Source: an uncultured Gemmatimonadales bacterium (GTDB lineage: Bacteria; Gemmatimonadota; Gemmatimonadetes; Gemmatimonadales; GWC2-71-9). From it: a stretch of DNA of 64,000 bases. The stretch's first letter is position 1; the number at the start of each line of letters is the position of its first letter. The notes beneath the pieces are model-generated. The model was not told the DNA's origin. It saw only the letters and a program-made list of their open reading frames with translations, and did not search any database. This document shows, piece by piece, positions 37,601 to 46,045 of the stretch. The position numbers were made by a program, and so were the translations under genes. Where the stretch lies: NCBI GenBank assembly GCA_963697065.1, contig CAVOMQ010000001.1, forward strand, positions 252,538-316,537. The letters are read 5' to 3'.

Positions 37601-37738
37601 GGCCGAGTCGACCGGCTGCGCCGGGTCGCGACCCGGCGGCGCCAGCGAGGGATCGACGCCCTGCGCCCGGAGCGGAGCCCGGGCGGTCAGCACCGCGGCA
37701 GTGAGCAGACATCCCGTCGACACGACACGGCGCAGCAT
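34653..37738 (-). pseudogene. Peptidase M14 (zinc carboxypeptidase family), secreted; disrupted by ~13 frameshifts and one in-frame TAG
   Basis: Family-typical sequence is spread over track ORFs 37163..37786, 37359..37766, 37087..37545, 36271..37059, 35880..36377, 35117..36787, 35041..35760 and 34653..35102. Examples are TIHSTEAGAPTALMELAYRL, YWGHYVAHDNNRDA, HDLHESEPYLYDNTIGDGPYNAW and FAHGDFDTWSPGYL. See the findings for breakpoints. Confidence 0.85.
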
Positions 37739-37786
37739 GACACCTCCGGCGGCACGAGACGACCACAGCGGGAATCGCAACGGCAT

Positions 37787-38482
37787 TCAGTCTTCGCTGG
37801 GCAGGTGGAGATACATCGACTGCAGCGCGACCCGCCCCGGCCCGGTGAACCGGTTCATCACCAGGTTGGTGCCGGCCAGGATGCCGGTCGCCATCCGTTG
37901 CATCAGCGTCTCCATCCGCACATGCGGATCCTTGTAGAGCCAGCCGCCGGGCTCGATGTCGATCGACTCGCCGGCCGCGAGCGGCTTTTCGAACACGTTG
38001 CCATAGCCGTGCAGCCAGAGCACGCCCTCACCCTGGTCGAGATGGAACTTGTCGATGAAGAACCCGGTGCCGCCGAAGAGGAGATTGGCGACGCCGCGAA
38101 CCCGCTCGAAGGTGTAGGAAATGTTGGCGGTGGCGGCCAGGAACTGGTGCTCCCGGACGTGGATCTCACCACCCGCATGCAGGTGAATCGCCGCGATATG
38201 CCCCGGGCCGTCCCGGCTGAACGCCACCTGCCCCGGTCCGCGCGCTTCGGTGAGGAAGACCGGCATGCCGGCCATCATCCGTTTCATCGCGCCCTTCATG
38301 GGTCGCAGCGCGATCTGTACTTCGGGATGCTTCCACAGCAGGACATGGTGTTCGAAGAAGACCGCCTCGCCGGCCGGCAGTTCGACCGTCAGCGCCGGCA
38401 CCAGCTCGCCATCGAGGTGATACGCGACGCCGGCAATTGTCTCCTCCACCACACTGGTCGACAGCAGCGTCGGCCGCTCCAT
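37787..38482 (-). CDS. AIM24-family (DUF124 / TIGR00266) protein
   Basis: ATG 38482 inside track ORF 37787..38551. GEAVFFEHHVLLWK, GTGFFIDKF.G.G.LWLHGYGNVFE and GWLYKDP are characteristic of the AIM24 family. Confidence 0.85.
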   Translation of the reverse strand: MERPTLLSTSVVEETIAGVAYHLDGELVPALTVELPAGEAVFFEHHVLLWKHPEVQIALRPMKGAMKRMMAGMPVFLTEARGPGQVAFSRDGPGHIAAIHLHAGGEIHVREHQFLAATANISYTFERVRGVANLLFGGTGFFIDKFHLDQGEGVLWLHGYGNVFEKPLAAGESIDIEPGGWLYKDPHVRMETLMQRMATGILAGTNLVMNRFTGPGRVALQSMYLHLPSED

Positions 38483-38525
38483 CGGGTCTCCCTGGTACGA
38501 GTCGATGCACCGCTCCGGGCAGCGG

Positions 38526-38834
38526 CTACTTGCGCGGAATCCGCCGTCCACGGCGCGCCTGATACTCCGGATGATCCTTCAGCTCGACATAGACCTTGCG
38601 CAGCAATTCCAGCCGGTGCCGGATGTCGGCGACGTCGGCACCGCCTTCCTTCTCCTGCTCCAGCCGGAGTATCTGGGTGTTCAGCGAGCGACGGAATCGG
38701 CCATCGGTGGTGACATTGAGCAGCTCGCGCAGCTTCACGAGCTGCCGCTCGACCTGGGCCGCGTCGCCCCCCTCGGTGCGCTTCGTCAATTGCTCGATGT
38801 GCCGGGAAAGTGCCTTCCGAAACATGATGGACAT
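38526..38834 (-). CDS. Hypothetical coiled-coil protein
   Basis: ATG 38834, with AGGA 6 nt upstream, inside track ORF 38526..38867, 102 aa. It is charged and has a heptad-like sequence (QVERQLVKLRELL, ILRLEQEKE, RHRLELLRKVYVELK). No family recognised. Confidence 0.55.
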   Translation of the reverse strand: MSIMFRKALSRHIEQLTKRTEGGDAAQVERQLVKLRELLNVTTDGRFRRSLNTQILRLEQEKEGGADVADIRHRLELLRKVYVELKDHPEYQARRGRRIPRK

Positions 38835-38967
38835 GGACGATCCTGATTCTGCAAAGTGAGGAGCCAAGCGGTCGGGCCAAGTATAACGGGATTTCGACCG
38901 CGACGATCAAGAAAACTTCTCCGGACTTTCATCGTTCCTTCATGCCGCCGGAGGTAGGATAAGGGCT

Positions 38968-39012
38968 GCGAACGGATGCGTTCGCGCGATGTTTTCTTTC
39001 CAGGAGGACAAT
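38968..39012 (+). promoter_or_regulatory. Structured hsp20 leader: hairpin plus U-tract facing the Shine-Dalgarno (fourU-like RNA thermometer candidate)
   Basis: Hairpin GCGAACG-GATG-CGTTCGC (38968-38985). Then UUUU (38992-38995) can pair with AGGA of the SD AGGAGGA (39002-39008), extended by G38991-C39009 and U38990-A39010. The ATG is at 39013. Confidence 0.3.
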
Positions 39013-39456
39013 ATGCGACTCACGAGGAGTTCCTCAACCCCGACCACCTATCCGGCGGTCCGGGAGAATCTCGACCGGTTGGTCGATCGGTTCTTCAATG
39101 GCGACTTCCTGCCGGCGCGCGACGTCGAAACCATGTGGACGCCAAGCCTCGATTTTTCGGAAACCGGCACCGAGTATCTGGTCCGGCTCGAGGCACCCGG
39201 CATCCCCAAGGACGATCTCGACGTCAAGCTCGACGGCCAGACCCTCACGCTGAGCGGGCGGCGGGACTTTGCCAACGAGGAGAAGACCGAAGACTTCTTC
39301 TGGCGGGAGCGGGAGCAAGGGCGTTTCATGCGGGTACTCCAGCTGCCGACGATGGTCGACGGGACCAAGGTCGAGGCGAAATACGACAACGGCATCATGA
39401 CCGTCCGGCTGCCCAAGAAAGAGGCCGCGGGCAAGACCCAGATCCCGATCAGGTAG
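39013..39456 (+). CDS. Hsp20 / alpha-crystallin small heat-shock protein
   Basis: ATG 39013, with AGGAGG 5 nt upstream, inside track ORF 38989..39456. The alpha-crystallin domain is WTPSLDFSETGTEYLVRLEAPGIPKDDLDVKL...GRFMRVLQLP...AKYDNGIMTVRLPK. Confidence 0.9.
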   Translation: MRLTRSSSTPTTYPAVRENLDRLVDRFFNGDFLPARDVETMWTPSLDFSETGTEYLVRLEAPGIPKDDLDVKLDGQTLTLSGRRDFANEEKTEDFFWREREQGRFMRVLQLPTMVDGTKVEAKYDNGIMTVRLPKKEAAGKTQIPIR

Positions 39457-39485
39457 ACCTGATCGGACCAACCAGGAGACCGGCC

Positions 39486-39875
39486 ATGCGAGTCGCCGAA
39501 CTGATGCAGACGCAGGTTCGAACCATCTCGATCGACAGCACCTTGTTGGACGTGGTGGTGGAGCTGGCCGACGGGCACGTTTCGGCCCTGCCGGTAATGG
39601 ACGGCGGCAATCACATGGTCGGCGTCGTTTCGACGGCCGACGTGCTGGTGGCGCAGGCGGAACACGGTCAGCGGTGGGAAGAGATCACCGTCGACGAAGT
39701 CATGACGCAGCCGGCACTCACCATCACGCCGGACGCCGAGGTGGCGGAAGCCGCGCAACGCATGCTGTACGGCGACGTCCACCGGCTCTTCGTCGAAGAC
39801 GGCGGCGAACTGGTGGGGGTGATTTCGCAGACCGACGTCGTCCGCGCGCTGGCAACCCGAAAACTGGGGCGCTGA
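39486..39875 (+). CDS. CBS-domain pair protein
   Basis: ATG 39486 inside track ORF 38976..39875, 129 aa. Two CBS repeats (VAELMQTQVRTISIDSTLLDVV...HVSALPVMD; VDEVMTQPALTITPDAEVAEAAQRM...HRLFVED..LVGVISQTDVVRAL). Confidence 0.88.
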   Translation: MRVAELMQTQVRTISIDSTLLDVVVELADGHVSALPVMDGGNHMVGVVSTADVLVAQAEHGQRWEEITVDEVMTQPALTITPDAEVAEAAQRMLYGDVHRLFVEDGGELVGVISQTDVVRALATRKLGR

Positions 39876-39960
39876 CCGCCGCGAAAACCGCCCGCTCGCC
39901 CCGGCATGGAGCCGAACGGGCGGTCTCCCGTCTCCCCGCGAGACGGCGTATTCCGCGCCG

Positions 39961-40164
39961 TTACGCCGGGTGCGTCCCGGCTCGGCGGCGGGCGTCGACG
40001 ACCCGATACATCGGACAAAACCCCGTCACCGCCGTACCCAGCGGAATGAGACCGATCAACGCCAGATAATGCCAGGCCCCTGGCAATGCTGCGTACAGCC
40101 CGAGTATCACCAGTCCGATGATCGCCCGTGCGATCCGCTCGACCGGTCCAACGTTGCGCTCCAT
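39961..40164 (-). CDS. DUF2892 (YgaP-like) small membrane protein
   Basis: 67-aa ORF. NVGPVERIARAIIGLVILGL...GFCPMY matches the DUF2892 pattern (N.G..DR..R...G....GWCP.Y). Confidence 0.75.
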   Translation of the reverse strand: MERNVGPVERIARAIIGLVILGLYAALPGAWHYLALIGLIPLGTAVTGFCPMYRVVDARRRAGTHPA

Positions 40165-40260
40165 GGTCCACCTCCCTCTTCAGGACTGATTCGGAGCCTA
40201 GTGGTCTCCGAGTGAAGAGAGCGTGAAACGCCGATGAGCGAACGTTCCTGTTGCCCGGCC

Positions 40261-41310
40261 CTACGGACGGGGATGCACCCAGTGCGGAGCGGTCTGCCAC
40301 GTCGCCGGATCGAAGAGCGCGTCGGGGAGGTCGCGGGTGACGCTCCAATCGTAGTACTCCTCGACCTGGTGGATCCCCGGAGCGGTGATGTCGACCCGCG
40401 TGGCCAACCAGCCGCCGCCCGCCTGGCGATAGTCGCCGAGCCGGATGTCGATCGGCGGGCCGCCGCTGAAGCCGCCGCGCATCCGTACCGCCACCAGTCG
40501 TGCCGGGTCGACCCAGAACTGCGGCGAGGTGGTGTCCGCCGGATCGGACGTCCCCACGATGATCACCGGCACGCCGTTCCACCCGGTGCGCGTGGTGCGG
40601 CTCAGGTCGACACCGAACGACCGCAACTGCCGCAACGATGAGTCGACCGGCTGCAGATAGATACCCATGACGAACGGCAGCGCTTCGTTGCCGCCGGCGC
40701 GGCGCACCGCCACGGTACCGTTGCGCAGCACCGTCAGCGAATCGACCGTGTACAACACGCCGTTACCGGTCGCGGGGTCGCCCGTGTCGATGCGGAGCAG
40801 CCGCGGTCCCTTGAGGCTTTCATACCAGATGGCGGTGTCAGTGGTGGTGCCGTGGGTGCGGATGGTGCGCTGCGAGAAGGTCAAAGTCGAGAACCACTTT
40901 CCGGCATAACCGTCGTGCATTCGGGTCACGACGTCGACGCCGTCGGTGTTGCGTTCGGCCGCCGGGCGCGCGGCGCGGAAGTCGCCGGTTCCCTCGCCGT
41001 TGAAGTCGACGGTTCCCGTCATCGAGTCCCCGCGTACCCGCGCCACCATGGTGAGGGTCAACGGATGACCGTTGTAGTCCACGACATAGCTGAAGGTCAC
41101 CGTATCGCGCCGGATCGCACCGGTCAGCGGCTTGGCGCCGTTGTCGTCCACGGTTCCCGAGAGCGTGTCACCCGAGACGGCGAACGTGATGCCCAGCGGG
41201 ACCGACCCGCCGGGAGTGTCCATCGCTCCGTTCCACCTGCCGGCAACCGATTGCGCCACCAGCGGGTGGGCCAGCGCGAACAACGCCAACAACCTCCAGG
41301 GGGTCTTCAT
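40261..41310 (-). CDS. Secreted hypothetical protein
   Basis: ATG 41310 inside track ORF 40261..41763, 349 aa. Signal peptide MKTPWRLLALFALAHPLVAQ. No family recognised. Confidence 0.7.
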   Translation of the reverse strand: MKTPWRLLALFALAHPLVAQSVAGRWNGAMDTPGGSVPLGITFAVSGDTLSGTVDDNGAKPLTGAIRRDTVTFSYVVDYNGHPLTLTMVARVRGDSMTGTVDFNGEGTGDFRAARPAAERNTDGVDVVTRMHDGYAGKWFSTLTFSQRTIRTHGTTTDTAIWYESLKGPRLLRIDTGDPATGNGVLYTVDSLTVLRNGTVAVRRAGGNEALPFVMGIYLQPVDSSLRQLRSFGVDLSRTTRTGWNGVPVIIVGTSDPADTTSPQFWVDPARLVAVRMRGGFSGGPPIDIRLGDYRQAGGGWLATRVDITAPGIHQVEEYYDWSVTRDLPDALFDPATWQTAPHWVHPRP

Positions 41311-41487
41311 CGTGCGCCTCCGGGCGTGCCAATCGTCATGAAATCGGATCCGCGGCCGCACCGGCCGCGCCATTCGCCGTCCAAACCTAACGCGCCGCGA
41401 CGCCGGCCCGGGCGCGCCAGCATGCCGACCGCGGCCCGGCGTGGTATCGTTACCGGAGCAGACTTCCCGCCCCGCCGAGGATTCAGG

Positions 41488-42918
41488 ATGCGTCTCCCAT
41501 CCTTTCCGTTTCGCCGCGCGACGCTGCTGCGATGGCCCGCAGCAGTGCTGGCGCTCGCCGCCTTCGCGCCGGTGGCCCGCCCACCCGCGGTCGACTGGAC
41601 CCGCTTCGGATTCGACATGGGCCGAGCCAGCGCCCCCACCGCCAACATGGGGTTCGCCGCCGCCAACATCACGACGCTGCGCCGACAACAGGTGACTCTC
41701 GACGGCACCGTCGACGCCTCGGCCATCTATCTCCACGGTGTGGCGGTGCACGGCGCGCCGCACGACGTCTTCTTCGTCACCACGACGTACGGCAAGACGG
41801 TCGCGATCGATGCCGGCGACGGCACGGTGCTGTGGGAATACACGCCGCCCAGCTACGACGCCGTCGCCGGGTCGCGCCAGATCACCACCGCCACGCCGGT
41901 GGCAGATCCGGATCGGCGCTTCATCTATGCCGCGTCACCCGATGGAATGATCCACAAGCTCTCGGTGGCCGACGGCCGGGTCATCTGGAGCACATCCATC
42001 ACGCGCCTGCCGCGGCGCGAGAAGATCGCGTCGGCGTTGAATTACGATCGCGGCCACGTCATCGCCACCACCGGTGGCTATATCGGTGATGCTCCGCCGT
42101 ACCAGGGGCACGTCGCCATCCTCGATGCCGGCACGGGGCGATTGGAGCACATCTGGAATTCGCTCTGCAGCGACCGGCACGAGCTGATCGATCCGGCGTC
42201 GTGCAAGTCGAGTGACTCCGCCATCTGGGGACGGGCCGGTGCGGTGGTCGATTCGGTGACCGGCGATCTCTTCGTCGCCACCGGCAACGGCCCGTGGAAC
42301 GGCACCAGCGACTGGGGCGACGCCATCGTCGAACTCGACCCGGGGGCCGCCACCATCCTCGGCAACTACACGCCGGAGAACACCGCCGAGCTCGATGCGG
42401 ACGACGCCGACCTGGGGTCGACCTCGCCCGTCGTGCTGGGCGGTGGTTTCGTGGTACAAGGCGGCAAGGACGACCTGATCCGGATCATCGACTGGTCGAA
42501 GATGCGCGGCACCACGCCGCACAAGGGCGGCGAACTGCAGACGGTGCCGACGCCGTCGGGCACCCGACTGTTCACGGCGCCGGCGGTGTGGCACGACGGT
42601 GCCGCCGTGTGGTTGTTCGCCGCGGACAACGGCGGCACCACCGCCTGGCGCATCGAAAACAACCGGCTGCAACCGGTGTGGCACAATGCCACCGGCGGCA
42701 CGAGTCCGATCGTGGTCGACGGCATGCTGTTTGTGTACGATCCGGGAGGCGGGCTGCACCTTTACGACGCCGCCAGCGGTCACGGCATCGGCACGCTGCC
42801 CTGCGGCAGCGGCCACTGGAACAGCCCCATCGCCGTCGACGGCCGCATCGCCCTCCCCGAAGGGAATGCCAACGATCGCCGCACCAGCGGAGTATTCGAC
42901 ATCTGGCGGCTACCGTGA
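41488..42918 (+). CDS. Secreted PQQ-like / BamB-like beta-propeller repeat protein
   Basis: ATG 41488 inside track ORF 40852..42918. It has a signal peptide and repeated blades of the type GKTVAIDAGDGTVLWEY, GMIHKLSVADGRVIWS and HVAILDAGTGRLEHIW. Confidence 0.8.
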   Translation: MRLPSFPFRRATLLRWPAAVLALAAFAPVARPPAVDWTRFGFDMGRASAPTANMGFAAANITTLRRQQVTLDGTVDASAIYLHGVAVHGAPHDVFFVTTTYGKTVAIDAGDGTVLWEYTPPSYDAVAGSRQITTATPVADPDRRFIYAASPDGMIHKLSVADGRVIWSTSITRLPRREKIASALNYDRGHVIATTGGYIGDAPPYQGHVAILDAGTGRLEHIWNSLCSDRHELIDPASCKSSDSAIWGRAGAVVDSVTGDLFVATGNGPWNGTSDWGDAIVELDPGAATILGNYTPENTAELDADDADLGSTSPVVLGGGFVVQGGKDDLIRIIDWSKMRGTTPHKGGELQTVPTPSGTRLFTAPAVWHDGAAVWLFAADNGGTTAWRIENNRLQPVWHNATGGTSPIVVDGMLFVYDPGGGLHLYDAASGHGIGTLPCGSGHWNSPIAVDGRIALPEGNANDRRTSGVFDIWRLP

Positions 42919-44771
42919 CATTCCGGCGCGGCACGCTCGCCGGCGTGACCGCACTGTTCATCGCGGCGGCACCGGCCGGGGCGCAATATCAGTCGGCCAA
43001 CGGAACGGACGTGATCGAAGAGCGGTCCGCCGCGGCGCGACCGGTAGCCGACTATGTCATTCACGTCGATCCCGCCGACACCACCGGATTCGGCGTCAGC
43101 ATGCACGTCGGGAATGTGCCGGACACGTTCCGGGTGGCGATGGCGGCGCACCCGGAATACGACGACGCCTACTGGCGCTACCTCGCCGACCTGCATGCCG
43201 AGTCGCCGCGCGGCACCGCGTCGATCACGCCGGTCGACCACGGCCTCTGGCGGGTCGTCACGACCGGTGGTGACGTCACGATCCGATACCGTCTCGTGCT
43301 CCCGGCGCAGCCGGGCGGGCGCTATGCGTACCGGCCATTCGTCTCGCGGAGCGGCGCGATGGTGGGCGACATCCACAGCCTGATGTATGTGGTGGGTGCG
43401 ACGCAGGCACCGGCACATGTCACGGTCGACGTGCCGGCCGACTGGACGATCGCCACCGGCCTGGAACCGGGCGCTCAACCCCGGACGTTTATCGCGCCGA
43501 ATGCGTCGGCACTGCTGGACTCGCCGATTCTGGCCGGACATGTCGCCGAGTGGCGGTTCACCGTCGACGGCGTGCCCCACCGTGTGGTGTACTGGCCGGC
43601 GCCCCGGGCCGCGGTGTTCGACACAGCCGCCTTCGTGGGCGGCATCGAGCGGATCGTGCAGCAGGCAGTGGCGCTCTTCGGAGATGCGCCCTATCGCGAT
43701 TACACCTTCCTGTTTCGCGACAGCGCCTTCGGTTCGCTGGAACACGCCAACTCGGTGACCATCGGGATTCCGGCTGCCGATCTGGCTCGCGATCCCGCCT
43801 CATATTTCGAGGAGATCGCGCACGAATACTTCCACGCGTGGAACATGATCCGCATCCGTCCAGCGGAGTTCGGCGACGTGAGCTACCGCACGCCGGCGCG
43901 GAGTTCGGCGCTCTGGTGGAGCGAAGGGGCGACGATGTTCTACGCCGACCTTCTGACACGCCGTGCCGGACTCGAGACGGAAGATTCGACACGGGTCTCG
44001 CACCTCGAGCGATTGCTGGGGGAATATTTCAGCACGTCAGGCAACACGACGTTGTCGCCCGAACGCGTCAGCCGCGCCGCCTACGGCCCGCAGGAAACGC
44101 AGCTGGGTGACAACACCGCCAGCACCCATCTGCAGGGTGAACTCATCACCGCTGCGCTGGATCTGACGATCCGCAACGCCACGGCCGGGGCGCGTTCGAT
44201 CGACGACGTGATGCGGGCCATGCTGGCACACCACTCCGGTGCGCCGGGGTTCACCAGCGACGATGTGGCGCGCGAGGCGGCGGCGGTGTGCGGGTGTGAC
44301 ATGACGCGGTTCTTTGCCGAGCACGTGCACGGCGATCGGCCGGTCGAGATGAACCGGTATCTGGCGTTCCTCGGTCTGGTGAGCCGAACGGAATGGGAGC
44401 CGGCGCGCAACGCCGACGGTACCCGGCAGCCCGATCTGCGCTTCTATGCCTGGAAGCCGGATAGTGGCGGCGGTTTGCGCCTCTACGTGCTCGACACCGC
44501 AAGCGTCTGGGAGCATGCCGGCCTGCATACCGGCGATCGACTGGTGTCGCTCGACGACCGTCCCGTGGATACCGTGGCGGATTTCGCCGCGATGGTTCAC
44601 GCGTTGCGGATCGGCGACTCGGTGCGCGTCGTGGTGCGGCGTCCGGCCGGCAACTATCGGACGACGGTGGTGGTGACGGGCTACCGCCGCGCCGTGGTAA
44701 CGATCACCGAACAACCCGGCGCCACACCGGCCCAGCGCGCACTGCGCCGCGCCTGGCTGGCGGGACGCTAA
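42915..44771 (+). CDS. Peptidase M61 (glycyl aminopeptidase family) with C-terminal PDZ domain
   Basis: GTG 42915 (GTGA overlap) inside track ORF 42294..44771. It has a signal peptide, the zinc motif HEYFHAWN (HExxH), and a C-terminal PDZ-like GLHTGDRLVSLDDRPV. Confidence 0.88.
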   Translation: MTFRRGTLAGVTALFIAAAPAGAQYQSANGTDVIEERSAAARPVADYVIHVDPADTTGFGVSMHVGNVPDTFRVAMAAHPEYDDAYWRYLADLHAESPRGTASITPVDHGLWRVVTTGGDVTIRYRLVLPAQPGGRYAYRPFVSRSGAMVGDIHSLMYVVGATQAPAHVTVDVPADWTIATGLEPGAQPRTFIAPNASALLDSPILAGHVAEWRFTVDGVPHRVVYWPAPRAAVFDTAAFVGGIERIVQQAVALFGDAPYRDYTFLFRDSAFGSLEHANSVTIGIPAADLARDPASYFEEIAHEYFHAWNMIRIRPAEFGDVSYRTPARSSALWWSEGATMFYADLLTRRAGLETEDSTRVSHLERLLGEYFSTSGNTTLSPERVSRAAYGPQETQLGDNTASTHLQGELITAALDLTIRNATAGARSIDDVMRAMLAHHSGAPGFTSDDVAREAAAVCGCDMTRFFAEHVHGDRPVEMNRYLAFLGLVSRTEWEPARNADGTRQPDLRFYAWKPDSGGGLRLYVLDTASVWEHAGLHTGDRLVSLDDRPVDTVADFAAMVHALRIGDSVRVVVRRPAGNYRTTVVVTGYRRAVVTITEQPGATPAQRALRRAWLAGR

Positions 44772-44885
44772 CCGGCGGCACCGCGATCAGCGGCGCGTGA
44801 CGCGATACTCGGCGAACAGATTGCAGTGCCCGCCCGAGTCGCCCGATTCGAGCCGGACGAACCACAAGGGCGGGCCGCACTGCCC

Positions 44886-45290
44886 TCATCGCTTCGCTCC
44901 CCGCTTCCCGGAAGCTCCTGACGGTCGTCGCTCGCGCTGCTGCTGCCGGCTCGACGGACGGCGATGGAGCGGCTGGTAGACGCCGAGCTTGCCGCCACCC
45001 GGCAGCGACACTGCTGTCAGCAGGCCCCATGGCTGGCGGCGCACCGGCGCACACCTGGTCCCCTGTCGCCGCATGGCGGCGACGAAGTTCTCGATGTCAT
45101 CGCACATCAGATAGAGTTCGTGGTGTCCGTTTCTGGCGGCGGGATGAACGGCGACTTCCGCCGCGGGCAACGCCATGATCAGCCAACCGCCGCCGACATC
45201 GACGGCCGGAAGGCACAGCAACTCGTGAAGAAAGGCACGATCCGCATCGGCATCGCGCGACGAGAGCACCACATGAGCACCGTTGATCAC
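44886..45290 (-). CDS. VOC-family (glyoxalase-like) protein
   Basis: GTG 45290, with GGAGGG upstream, inside track ORF 44886..45425. VINGAHVVLSSRDADADRAFLHELL...HELYLMCDDIENFVAAMRRQG...PWGLLTAVSLPGGGKLGVYQP. Confidence 0.7.
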   Translation of the reverse strand: MINGAHVVLSSRDADADRAFLHELLCLPAVDVGGGWLIMALPAAEVAVHPAARNGHHELYLMCDDIENFVAAMRRQGTRCAPVRRQPWGLLTAVSLPGGGKLGVYQPLHRRPSSRQQQRERRPSGASGKRGAKR

Positions 45291-45399
45291 GTTCCCTCCG
45301 ATGAAGACGGCCGTATCTCGCGGAAGAAGTGGTGGCGAACCCCGGGCGTGACACGACAGACCAGCATGGCCCAAGCGATGGTGTATGGTCGGCCCTGCC

Positions 45400-45699
45400 C
45401 TAGATCCGGCCATGGAGCAGGACAACCGCGAATGCGAGCAACACGGCCAGAACGGCCGCCGTCACGGCACCGAAGACCCACCGGCGGCCGATCACGCGCT
45501 GGGAACGCTGATAGGCGACGTTGATGCCGCCGGAGACGATCACCAGCAACATCAGGTCCCACGAGGACTCGCCCTGCACCAGTGAGCGGTATGCCGCCAG
45601 CAGCAGCAGGCCGAACGCAATCACGTTGTACGACCACCGGTATCCGGCGTTTTCGACCGCCACCGTCCGCTCGTCGCGGAGCATCTCCTGCGCGCTCAT
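45400..45699 (-). CDS. Small membrane protein (3 TM) partnered with the XRE regulator
   Basis: 99-aa ORF with an ATGA overlap with the upstream HTH gene and three hydrophobic helices. Confidence 0.65.
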   Translation of the reverse strand: MSAQEMLRDERTVAVENAGYRWSYNVIAFGLLLLAAYRSLVQGESSWDLMLLVIVSGGINVAYQRSQRVIGRRWVFGAVTAAVLAVLLAFAVVLLHGRI

Positions 45700-45905
45700 G
45701 AGTTGCCATCCTTGAGAAAGAAGAGTTCCCCCACCGGCTTGCCCAGCTTGTCGGCCATTACGAACGCCAGCAGCGCCGAGGGCGCGTACTGCTCGTTCTC
45801 GATGGCGCTGATCGTCTGGCGGGTGACACCTGCCATCGCCGCGAGCTGCTCCTGTGAGAGCCGCCGCTCCGCCCGCGCCACCCGGATCCGATTCCCCAAC
45901 CGCAT
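45696..45905 (-). CDS. XRE-family helix-turn-helix transcriptional regulator (YozG-like, 69 aa)
   Basis: LGNRIRVARAERRLSQEQLAAMAGVTRQTISAIENEQYAPSALLAFVMADKLGKPVGELF is a complete HTH_XRE domain. Confidence 0.9.
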   Translation of the reverse strand: MRLGNRIRVARAERRLSQEQLAAMAGVTRQTISAIENEQYAPSALLAFVMADKLGKPVGELFFLKDGNS

Positions 45906-45934
45906 CGTCCCCCCAATCCTCAGTTGCGGCTTGG

Positions 45935-45989
45935 AGTGTAATTCACGGCGGACAAAATGTCAATTATACGCGTCATATTGACGCGTATA
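45935..45989 (-). promoter_or_regulatory. Consensus-like promoter plus 25-bp perfect palindrome upstream of the XRE gene
   Basis: On the minus strand: TTGACA (45963-45958), 17 nt, TACACT (45940-45935), with the ATG at 45905. Immediately upstream is TATACGCGTCA-TAT-TGACGCGTATA (45965-45989), an 11-bp perfect inverted repeat. Confidence 0.6.
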
Positions 45990-46045
45990 GATGGCGTTCC
46001 ATGGGGTCTTCTTGGGGTATGAGTCCCGGTGAAGGCGAGCCGGGC

